Assembly (NCBI GenBank): GCA_040954595.2
Contig: CM082582.2
Span: 2,588,303 to 2,652,302, forward strand
Source of the DNA: Balanoglossus misakiensis
Lineage: Eukaryota > Animalia > Hemichordata
Reading direction: 5' to 3'
DNA: 64,000 bases
Numbering within the stretch: position 1 is the stretch's first letter; the number at the start of each line of letters is the position of its first letter. Below the pieces are notes generated by a model that saw nothing but the letters and a program-made list of their open reading frames with translations, made no database searches and was not told the DNA's origin. Of the stretch, positions 38,771 through 49,766 are shown piece after piece. A program made the position numbers and the translations under genes.

Positions 38771-41116
38771 TTATGATACATATGGCTTCCAACCCAACTG
38801 CGTGTATAAAGTGAGACCACGTTCAACTCTCCGCGTTAGCAGCTCAGGATAAACAGCCCTTCTATAGATATAATCTACTGCTGGCAGTGATGTTCTACAC
38901 CAGCACTCATCAAAATAAATTCTTTCAATAAAGAGTGGTAGTTCCTCACCCCAAAAAATGACAAAATCAGCACATCTTATTCCTGTGCAATACATTTGAC
39001 CTTGAACTTGATGCCAGTAAGCATGGTTTGTTTTCAAGTGTGGACCCCCCTCATCTAAGCGAAGACAAAATGATTTGTCTTTACATGCCTCAGCAACAGT
39101 CATACCTGCTTTTGATGATGGGCATTTGCACTCCAATATCACATCTCCCTCTGGATCTCCTTTCACAAGGCCATCAATACTTGCACCCAAATATGGCTTC
39201 TCTGAACTTTTTCTGATCTCTAACCATTCTGTCGAGTCCCTTTGTTCCCTTGTTTTCAATTTTATGGCATTTATTTCATCATTTGACACTTTCATATTGT
39301 TCACTTGGCAATCAACCATGTCCTTGAAAGATGTTGAGCTAATATCATAGTCATTACTGAATGGCATGGTACCCTGAGTACCAGTAATATCAACTGTGAC
39401 AGGAACATCAACTTCTGTACACTCTAGATGTTGCAGTGGTTGAAGGTCATGAAACAGGAAAAACGAGGAGGATTGCAGACACTGCTGTAATGTGCTGCAG
39501 AGCTCTGGAAATCTTTCACCCAGCTGTCGATCTTGAGGTGCCCTGACATCATATCTTGAAGATGACTGACACAGAAGCCTCCCTGACCTCCCATAATGAG
39601 GCTGAAATATAGTGATTTCATTTAGAGGTTTTGGGTCAACCTGAAAAGGATAGAAACAGACATGACAAAGGTTATGATACCAGATATATCAAGTGATGAT
39701 ACCAAAATATAAAATACAGCCATGTATAAATGAGGGTTCAAGAGACAAATATATGCTGCTACCCTCCCTTCATGGCCAGTCAACATGTGTATGTGTTGTC
39801 ATACATGTATACACATGTATTGATGCAGTAATACTGAAATTCAGCAACTTACCTTGAGATTCCTGGGTACAACCCATACAGAGAGTCTTGATGTACATGA
39901 TAAAGGCTCTGGGTGATCATGAAGTCCACGTCTATGGAAGTCCTCCAATGCAAACAGAACACCACCAACATGTGAACATTTTCCAAGTCCATTATTTCAA
40001 CGTCTGTAAACATATAGGTTACAATAATCAGGCCAGTGTATGCTTCCATGCTTATTTTTATGATACTAAAATAATAGTGCCCAACACAAAAGTTACACAA
40101 TGTCATACATGTACTACAGAAAAACCTAAGTTAAAGGGAACCAACTCCTAAATGTAAAATTATAAGCATGCATACTATCTGAGTGTTTTAACAAACAATA
40201 ATAACAATTAAAGCTCTCATATAAATGCTGGGAAGTGTTTTTGCTAAAGATGAACAGAAAAGTCTTCAGAAGTTACAGCTACTGTCGCTTTAAACATAAC
40301 AAAATTAAAAAAAAAATGAAATCAACAGCCAAAAAAATTGGTACTTTTTCCTTAAAAGCACAAGCTCTATATTTGTTTATAATTCTGTAATTCTAGTGTA
40401 ACAAAAAAAAGGTGATATATCAGAGCAACATTAAGATTCACTGCCCACAGAAATCTTGTAGCAGGAAACTAAAAATGCACATCTTGTGCTTGTGAATAAA
40501 GTTTCAGTTACCCAGCTGGACATTCACAGGCTGCCTTGACAACTTCTCATGAGCTTATGGAAAAGACAATCATTGCCATGTATGGCTTTGGTTTCATTGA
40601 AGGTAGAACTTTAGCCTTTAAATACTTATATTGGTCTTTCACCATAACCTGCATATCCTTAATGTTTCCTTCATAGAAGTATCTGTATGATTTAAGTCTC
40701 TTGTATTTAATCCTGCCAACGTCAAGTTTATTCATGTGATATCTTTTTGTCTTTATCACTAAATATTCATAGAGCTGAATAAATGTCAATGGTGGAACCT
40801 CTCTCAAGTCTCTCAGCCATGTTCCTCCTACTGTCTCTTTTAACAAGTCTCCATACGTAATGTCCCTATTTGTTTCCACATCACAGGGTAAGTTTCTGGT
40901 TCTACATTCGCCTACAGAAGACATCACTGCATATGCCCTCAGTACAAGATCTGCTTTCCTACACTTAGATGGAACTTGGTAATCACCATTCTCCGTCAAC
41001 AGGGCCCTAAGCTGATTCGTAGTTAGCTGTTTAATACCATTCAAGGAAGAAACACAAACCTTTCCCTTCAGTGCTGCCAATGTCTGGCTGCTCCGGTCAA
41101 CGTTTTGTGATTCCAT
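38771..41116 (-). pseudogene. SAP-like/SWIM/YqaJ exonuclease gene with a stop and an internal deletion
   Basis: KVLPSMK..*..ACECPAG, then KCSHVGGVL..SCTSRLSVW, then YLGASIDG..ECKCP..YWHQVQGQM. The RLTAS..G..E segment seen in copy 1 is missing. Confidence 0.82.
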
Positions 41117-43432
41117 GCTGCTACATGCAGAAACAAATGTGAAAGAGTTATGGATTATTTTCTTCGTTCTACCCCAATTAAAAAAATGTTTACACTATTA
41201 CAAACGTGTAAAGTTTAGATGTAGTACTAGTAGGCACGTCATTTGTTGCCATAGTTTGACAAGAGAACCTGTTCAACCCACAACAAAATTACATGTACAG
41301 GGGCACACAATTTCAAATCATAGCAGATGACCTGTCAGTCAAATTCGCGAGACCAAGGACCTAACAAGTTATGCAAATAACCAATCATGCAATATCGAGT
41401 GAGTGCGTCTGCCACAGACTACAGTCGTCCCACATCGTAAACAGTCTGCAAGGTCACGCAAAACCCAACAACTTCCGGGACAGTTGCCATGGCTGCAGTG
41501 CAACAGTCTGTCTACTAACTACGCTACGACTAAATGAAAATTTCCAATCGTCATATTTGCAAGGCTCTGGAAATCATGCAACCTCCGTTACTCAATCACA
41601 ACACAACATTTAACGTCTGACAGCGACGTACGTGGTCGTACGGCTAACGATGATCCCCTCCGCCCGTACCCACGGACGGTCGATCGTGGGCCTGGCGCGG
41701 GCTACACCAAAGCCGGCGACAGATTCCGAAAAAAATCAAAACGAAACATGTTTTGACACGCTCCTCGGAATTATCCTCACCATGAAATAGTTAAGTTTCG
41801 AAAAATTGAGTTTCTTACCTGTGATTCAGCATGTACTGTGCACACAGACTGAGAGTACGCGTTCGGTGACTGATGTCCACGCTGCTTTCACTGTCACTCA
41901 GCGAACAGCCTGTCGTAGCATTGCTTTGGTCACCCTCAGCCTCGTTTTGAACTATAATCGCGCCCTGTTCGAGAATCTCGTTCCTGATCTCGAAAAGGAA
42001 GTATTGGCAGAGTCAGTCATCTTGTCTCTGGTCTCTGCCAATTGGCAGAGTCAGCCATCTTGTCTCTAGCCTCTGCCAATTGGCAGAGTTGACTATCTTG
42101 TATCTTGCTTGGAAGGCTAAAAGGCAGACTTTCTGCCGATTGGCAGAGATACAGTAAAAGAAAACATGTTTTTCTTCAATAGAAAAATTAAGTACACTTT
42201 TGAATGCCTAGAAATTCTGATTTTTCTTTGTCAATTTTTGATGTATTATTTTTAAGTGCAATAAAACTCTGATTTTCTATAGAACTATTCTATCCAAAAA
42301 GCCATTCTTTGCGTGTTAGTATATTTCCAAGAAAAAACTTGCCTCATCAACATTTGTTGCTACAAGTTCTGAACAAATGTTAAAAAAATAAGTATTTGTC
42401 CAAGGATAAAAGCAAGTATAAGTTGTGCGTATTTTTTTCTGAGGAAAATTAAAAGTCTGACAAGGCAATTCCGGGAAATTATTCCAAATATATGTTTTTC
42501 CTAAATATTAACCAAAGACACAAATTCCAGTGATTTCCTGATTCTAGAATAAAATTAAGAAAAAAAGTCAGTTCAAAGTTATATTTGTTAGCTTTTTAAT
42601 TTTTGGTTGATAATATACAAGAATCAATGTAATTTATTAAGGATTTTTAGGTATTTTGTCAAAAAAATCTCAAAAAACCTTGTTTTTCGGAAATTGGGAT
42701 TTCTATGTCGTTGTGTTTCGCTTAAACCGTGTCTTTCCGTCCGCAAGACCAACCAAGGAGCGAAAAATTCGTTATTTAGGCCGTAATAAAACATTTTTAT
42801 CGCCGAGGAGTGAATAAAGAACGGTCAGATCGTTGCGGTGCAGGGAACTCTTATTTGCACCCCTGCCGTGCAGGGAACTCTTATTTGCACCGCTGCGGTG
42901 CAAATAAGATCAATGGAGTTATGCTGCAAAATAGTGCGATAAACTTCCGACTTTTTCGAGTACACATCGTGATGGCGAAGGGTTCAGTAAGGCTAGCCCT
43001 TTACCCGAAGATGTCAACTGATGTTGGTTCGAGAGCTCTTTTTGCTATTTCTTTTTTGTGAGAATTTTTAACGACATTATCATTGTAATTTTTTACATTT
43101 TCATAAATCCAAACTATTTCAATATCTACGCTGCGATTTGTATCTGTCGGGTTTAAGAAACATGCAGGAAAACATTGTCATTTTTTTCTCGCGGTTCACT
43201 TGGGCAAGTCTGAATACGGAGTGCTCAGCTAAGAGAAAGATAAACTCTCTAAAACCGTGTCTTTCCGTCCGAATGACCAACCAAGGAGCAAAAAAGTCAT
43301 TATTTAGGCGTAATAAAACGTTTTTATCGCCGAGGAGTGAATAAAGAACGGTCAGATCGTTGCGGTGCAGGGAACTATTATTTGCACCGCTGCTGTGCAG
43401 GGAACTCTTATTTGCACCGCTGTGGTGCAAAT

Positions 43433-43818
43433 TAGTCTAGAATCTATCTGTTCGTAGTCGCCCTACTACCGTCTAGGAACGCGTAACCAAAATCTAGTAA
43501 GGCCATAAAAAATGGTAATTTGAATGTGAATAGTCTCCAACTGAACAATCTGACGTCAAGCGTCACCACGTGATCATGATTATGTATCATTCGGGGCGGA
43601 GCTACATTGTAAACATAATTAACATTCAACGTCATCACCTCATTAACATTGATAGCCAATCAGTAGTCGGTCAACGTAAGTGATTGACTTCTCTGACGTC
43701 AGACTGCTCAGTTGGAGACTATTCACATTCAAATTACCATTTTTATGGCCTTACTAGATTTTGGTTACGCGTTCCTAGACGGTAGTAGGGCGACTACGAA
43801 CGGATAGATTCTAGACTA
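43433..43818. mobile_element. hAT-like MITE, 386 bp, ~125-bp TIRs
   Basis: TAGTCTAGAATCTATC..GATAGATTCTAGACTA. 8-bp TSD GTGCAAAT at 43425-43432 and 43819-43826. Confidence 0.9.
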
Positions 43819-45199
43819 GTGCAAATAAGATCATTTGAATTATGCTGCAACATAGTGCGAAAAATTTCCGATTTTTTGAATACACAACGTGATGGCGAAT
43901 GGTTCAGAAAAGATAGCATTTTACCTGTAGGTGTCAACTGATGTTGGTTCGAGACCACTTTTTTTTCTATTTCTTTTTTTTGTGTGAGAACTTTTAACAT
44001 TATCATTTTAATTTTGATCATTTTCATAAATCCAATTCATTTCAATATCTACGCTGCGTTTTTTATCTGTCGGGTATAAGAAACATGCACTGAAACTTGG
44101 TCATTTTTTTCGGAGTTCACTTGGGCAAGTCAGAATACGGAGTGCTCAGGAGAGAAAAAGATAAACTCGCTATAACCGTGTCTTTCCGTTCCCATGACCA
44201 ACCAAGGAGCGAAAAAGTCGTTATTTAGGCCGTAATAAAACGTTTTTATCGCCGAGGAGTGAATAAAGAACGGTCAGATTCTTGCGGTGCAGGGAACTCT
44301 TATTTACACCGCTGCGTTGCAGGGAACTCTTATTTGCACCGCTGCGGTGCAAATAAGATCATTTGAGTTATGCTGCAATATAGTGCGGAAAATTTCCGAC
44401 TTTTTCGAGTACACATCGTGATGGCGAATGGTTCAGAAAAGCTAGCCTTTTACCAGAAGGTGTCAACTGATGTTGGTTCGAGACCACTTTTTTTATTTAT
44501 TTTTTTGTGAGAATTTTTAACGACATTATCAGTGTAATTTTTATCATTTTCATAAAGCCAATTCATTTCAATATCTACGCTGCGTTTTTTATCTCTCGGG
44601 TATAAGAAACATGCTCGGAAACTTGGTCATTTTTTTTCGCAGTTCACTTGGGCAAGTCTGAATACGGAGTGCTCAGGAGAGAGAAAGATAAAGTCGCTAT
44701 AACCGTGTCTTTCCGTCCGCATGACCAACCAAGGAGCGAAAAAGTCGTTATTTAGGCCGTAATAAAACGTTTTTGTCGCCGAGGAGTGAATAAAGAACGG
44801 TCAGATCCTTGCGGTGCAGGGAACTCTTATTTGCACCGTTGAAATGCAAATAAGATCATTGGAGTTATGCTGCAATATAGTGCGGAAAATTTCCGCCTTT
44901 TTCGAGTACACATCATGATGGCGAATGGTTCACGAAGGCTAACCTTTTACCTGAAGGTGTTAACTGATGTTGGTTCGAGACCACTTTTTTATTTCTTTTT
45001 TTCGTGAGAACTTTTAACGACATTATCATTGTAATTTTTATTATTTTCATATATCCAGTTTATTTCAATATCTACGCTGCGTTTTTAGGCCGTAATAAAA
45101 CGTTTTTATCCCCGAGGAGTGAATAAAGAACGGTCAGATCGCTGCGGTGCAGAGAAATCTTATTTACACCGCTGCGTTGCAGGGAACTCTTATTTGCAC

Positions 45200-45919
45200 T
45201 GTTACGGCTGGTCCAGATGGTACTCTAACTTTGCAGTAGCAAAGAGGTGTACAGGATCTACCAAAGTAGAGACTCGTTGAGACTGGAAGTAGTGGGAGTC
45301 AGAATGCTTTATTTCTGGTGCAAAGGCTTTACAACACACGGTTGTCTGCAAGATGGTTGTTCTACCCAAAAGCAAGAAATTACAGAGTTTATATGTCTTT
45401 GAGAAAGAAGAGAAATCAAAGATTCATCATAGCGTGATTCTCATTGTCCAATTACAACTTTACAACACATCGGCATATTCTTGATCGTCCAATTACAAAA
45501 TTATTACACACTGAAATATCCTTCGGATTGGCTGTCGGTTCTCAAAGAAGAAATTATGTCTGTCAAGATCACGACCAACTGAAGGTGATCAAATACAAGG
45601 ACTAGCAACCATCGTATGCAAACATCTCCTCCCTCGTATTTTAATAATATAGAGGTACATTACGTAAAATATGTAAGTAAAACTCATTCGTTGATTGAAA
45701 TTCCCAGGTCTCATTATTTGTAAGGTACTCGATATCTCCAAGGTAATTAAATGTTGTGGCTATTAATTAATGTCTTACCTAAAAGTATTTGACCTCTATA
45801 CATGGAGTTATTGACCTCTATACACAGAGTTACTAATCTAATTGGAAATTAATCATAGAAATTACAATTCTTTATTATGAGCGAAATTCTTAATTTTCCT
45901 ATTTTTATATATCGTAACA
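45200..45919 (-). repeat. 3' LTR (720 bp); polypurine tract at 45920-45931
   Basis: TGTTACG..CGTAACA. On the minus strand AAATGAAGGGAG immediately precedes the LTR. Confidence 0.95.
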
Positions 45920-46238
45920 CTCCCTTCATTTAAAGCAATGCGACCCGCATTGATCGTTCCAAAAAAATACTCAATGAAGAATACAAATCTCAGTAAAAAT
46001 GAAAAAGTAAAAAATACATAAACGAAGCGGATATAAGCAAAACACACACATGTGCACAAGGTTAATATAAAATACGTATATATGTAAAAAAACTAAGCTA
46101 ATTTCTATGGCGCCCTACTCGTTAAGTAAAAACAAATTTTAATTTCTCGTCCTTAGTCTTTTCATATATTCATATATTCCATCTTTTGTTATCGTTAGTC
46201 TTGTTTTAACTTATAGTTAATACCGTTATACTTTCTCT

Positions 46239-49200
46239 TTAAGGGGGTGAGCCGTACTCAATCATGGCGTCCCGTACACTACGACTAGTATCTTTCCTCT
46301 CCATGGGAATGTGGACTTTTAATTTGACGTCCTTAGTTTCCCTTACACGAGAAGTTTTAGAGGCAACCGCCGAAACAGAAGCGGACGTTTTTGGTGGTAG
46401 AGGGGGTGGAGGTGGCGGAGGAGGTCGAGGGAGTGGCCCCTCTTCAATAAATGGCAAATTTCTATAACCTTTCGTAGGTTGGACTTCCGATTCTATTTTG
46501 ACTATACCTATTTGAGCCTTGTGGGTTGTTCTATTCCGATAAGAGTGACCGTCTTTGTCGTCGTCTGTATCGTCAGTTGATACATTGCGGTATCGTGGTT
46601 TGTCAAGTACCTCTTCAGGGTATTTTAGATGTTTGGGGATGCGACGTTGGATTTTCCGTCGCTGTCTATGGATGTTGGGTTCGTCGTCGTGTCCGTAGTG
46701 GAAAGGTGTAACATCACTCTCTAGGTCAGAAACTGAGTGACAAGCTGGTGGCAAAATGCCGAAAGCTCGTCGGAGATGGGCAATTTCTCGACTTATTTCA
46801 AGTAAATCTAGGTGAACAGTCTGCAACCTAGAAGTAGGGGTTTGAGAATCAATGATTTTAATCTCAGAGTAGATGGAATGTTGAGAATAACCCGCTAAGA
46901 GGCGTAGACGAAGGGAGGGTAATGGAAGCGACCTTAGTTGGCGATAAGTGAAGTATGGGAGACGTATTTTACTTTTCAATTCCAAATCATTGGTGATCAA
47001 AGGACTAGCACCGTCACACTGAATAACCTGCAGTGGAGACCATGATATCCGCAAATAATTTGACAACAATGATTTCTCCGAGATAGTCAAACTATCCGAT
47101 GTGAGTGGTGGCGTTCGAACCGAACATGGAGAGTAGCGGATGGTGTCAATGAAAAGTAAAATGGTGTCTGTGGTGGATGCCAATTCTAAGTAAATGTTGG
47201 CCTTAGGAGAATTGCGACAGATGAATGAGTTCTTCACAAAATGCCCGAAAAGGTATTTACGACCTTGTATGACAGCCAACTTCAACACTTTGTATGTGAT
47301 GACGAGGACAACAATAGCGAGAATAACAGTTCGAAGCGTCTGCAAGTCAACAGAAAGGTGTGAGGCGAAGTCAAACGGAGTAATCCAATCTGTGACAGGC
47401 ATGTTGGTTGTGTCCCAATAGAGAAATTGTGGTGGGGTGGCAGCATGAACCACTTTGGGTACTTTCAATATCATTACAGCAAGTGCCAACTTTCGTATGC
47501 GGAGAAAGAGATAGATCTGGAATAGTAAAGATAGTCCTATAACAACAACTGCAGGAATTGCAAGTTTCATAGAAAAGGAATTGGTTAATATGTCTGTCCA
47601 ATCATAAGAGAAGGCAGCCTCATCTATAGGGCTAATGAACGCTTGTTCATGGTCTTTGATAACTTGAGCTGCCCTTTTTAAGTCAACCTTAATATTCTTG
47701 TCGACCATTAGAGAACGATTGTTGTTGCAATACCAATGCATTAGAAAGTTGTGTGATCCAAGGCTTATTAAAAGTAGAAATACCAGAGAAGTTACCAAGG
47801 GCTTTCATAGGATAGAAAGAGTTAAGATAGACAATATTGGCTGCATGAACCACCGAAATAGAAGAGTTCGGCTGACAAGTTGTAATTACAGCAGGTAAAT
47901 ATAAATCAGCGGAATGTAATTTGCAATCACAAGGAACGTCAACAATGCAAAAGTTGCATTTTCGCAGAGGAACTATGGATTGATTATTACAATGGAATTT
48001 CCAATCATAAGTGGAACCTTCAATCAAAGCCTTAGATTCAGTGAGTTGAATAACACGTGATGTCTTTTCCGGAAGAAGAGTCAATGATGTTTGACAATGT
48101 GCGTCTATACCAGTCACATTGTCTTGAAACAGATGCCAACTACAATGATCAAATTCCTTTTTATAGACTTGAAAAGGTGTAATGCACCGCTTCACCTTAC
48201 CACCAGTACAACATGAAAATTGATCACTTGTCAATTCAAAGTAAATGGATCCGTCAGTTGCCACACCAAAATATGAAGGTAATTCTTGGATCTCAGTGAC
48301 TCCATTATCAAACACAGAATCTGGCTGTCGGGAACCAAAGGAATCAGGGACATGAACCGGAAAGGACAAAACCCTATACAGTTGGTGAATGGTGTCCATC
48401 TTGGTTAATGGAACGGTCAACTTGATGTATAAATTGGCATTTGTGTGGTGAAACATTATTTGACCTTGTTCATAATAATATTTAGGATGTTGATGAGCTA
48501 TATGAAAGTGAGGATATTTGCGATCGAGAACTTTAGTGATGGATTGAAGTGCTTGTCGGATGTCCGATGTGCTGACCAACTCAGGAGGCAAATGACCCAA
48601 TACTAACGTTTTTAAGGCAGCTAACCTTCCCTCGGCTAGAAATAATAACCTCAACAAGTATGTGGTCCTATGGTTTAATTCAATATACGTGTGTAATACA
48701 TCATGTATTAAGTTAATCTCGTCTGCTATTATTACTTGGTCCTCAGCCCCCATATTAATATAATCCCTCAATGATTCTACAGTTAACGTCAAGGCCATTA
48801 CTGTACTATGAGTCTCACTAAAAGATTGCCATAAGTTATCAATCCTATTATTAGTAAGTTGAACAACGGTATTTAATCCCTTTTCAAAATTCAAAATAAA
48901 CCGTTTGTTCTTATTGGCAGTTGTTTCTGCTTGCTGTACGTGCTGGGCCAAAATCTCGACATCTTTTGACGTGGCTGTCCCAAATAAGGACTTAGATAAT
49001 TTGCCAATAATTGGTATAAAAGCCTCTCTCTTAGAACGGGAACTTTGATTATCCTCAAAATCATCTGTCCCTAATACATCATTAATTTCACGTCTAACCC
49101 GATGAGCATCCCTGAGCAATTGGACAGTTTCTTTCTGATAGGCCTCCAGAGACCTATCGTGTATTGAGCAAGATCGAGGTAGAGTAGGTCCTGCACAGGG

Positions 49201-49422
49201 ATATTCATCAGGCATGGAAGTAATGAGATCGTCTATACCAGAAAAGTTTAACCTTGGTACCGAGAAGGTAACGTGCCAGTGGGAATGAGCAACTTCAACC
49301 AAAGCGACAGGCTCAAAGATGACTCCAAAATTCTGCCGAACGACCAAGTCTGGATTCACACTACTGGCGACTTGAAATAGGCAGGTGAAACATGTTACGA
49401 AGATCAGGGCATGCACCAAAGC
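46239..49422 (-). pseudogene. env: Env-like class I (baculovirus F/errantivirus-type) fusion glycoprotein with long C-terminal extension; frameshift near 47715
   Basis: Signal peptide; furin site RSKR followed by the fusion-peptide-like EAFIPIIGKLSKSLFGTAT; heptad region; Cys-rich ectodomain; TM LAIPAVVVIGLSLLFQIYLFL; a second hydrophobic segment; poly-Pro. Confidence 0.85.
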
Positions 49423-49766
49423 CTAAAAGTAACGAATGCAAAAGAAAATGTAGGGAAACTAGGAAAAACAATAAAATAAAGAAAGGAAAAGCAAAGCAAA
49501 GAATACAAATAATAAAGTATGGACAGCTTCAAGTGTGTATAGCCACGCATGAAGTGATTAACTTGTATCAATGGCATACTTGGTTACATAATCAAGTTCT
49601 CATGAATGAAATTCTTTAGTTACGTAAACAACAGGTCAAGAAACTATGTCACCTCTAATACACACTCTAACACACGGAGGCCCCCTCGTACGCGTACTAT
49701 CATACTACAACAAACACTCCAGTGACTAGGTTCAAGGTCCTGCTGAAATACGGCGCTAACTTTTCA

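Larger units (their letters stand above)
35270..42002. mobile_element. ISL2EU-type transposon, copy 2 (different family, defective)
   Basis: TGCCA-AT-[ACT...AGT]-AT-TGGCA gives an unambiguous AT TSD. Subterminal inverted block AAAACGAGGCTGA(A/G)GGTGACCA. Convergent THAP-DDE and SWIM-YqaJ genes. Confidence 0.88.
35110..42150 (+). repeat. 38-bp tandem array CTGCCAATTGGCAGAGTCAGCCATCTTGTCTCT.., split by ISL2EU copy 2 (35110-35269 and 42003-42150)
   Basis: Units start at 35110, 35148, 35186, 35224 and 35262, and continue after 42003. Confidence 0.9.
33183..42717. mobile_element. Unclassified non-autonomous TIR element inserted in the satellite (~2.8 kb without the nested ISL2EU)
   Basis: TIR AACACAACGACATAGAAATCCCAATTT (27 bp identical). 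Flanks TAGC/TCGC match satellite AAACTCGCTAAAACC, implying a 4-bp TSD with one mismatch. Confidence 0.8.
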
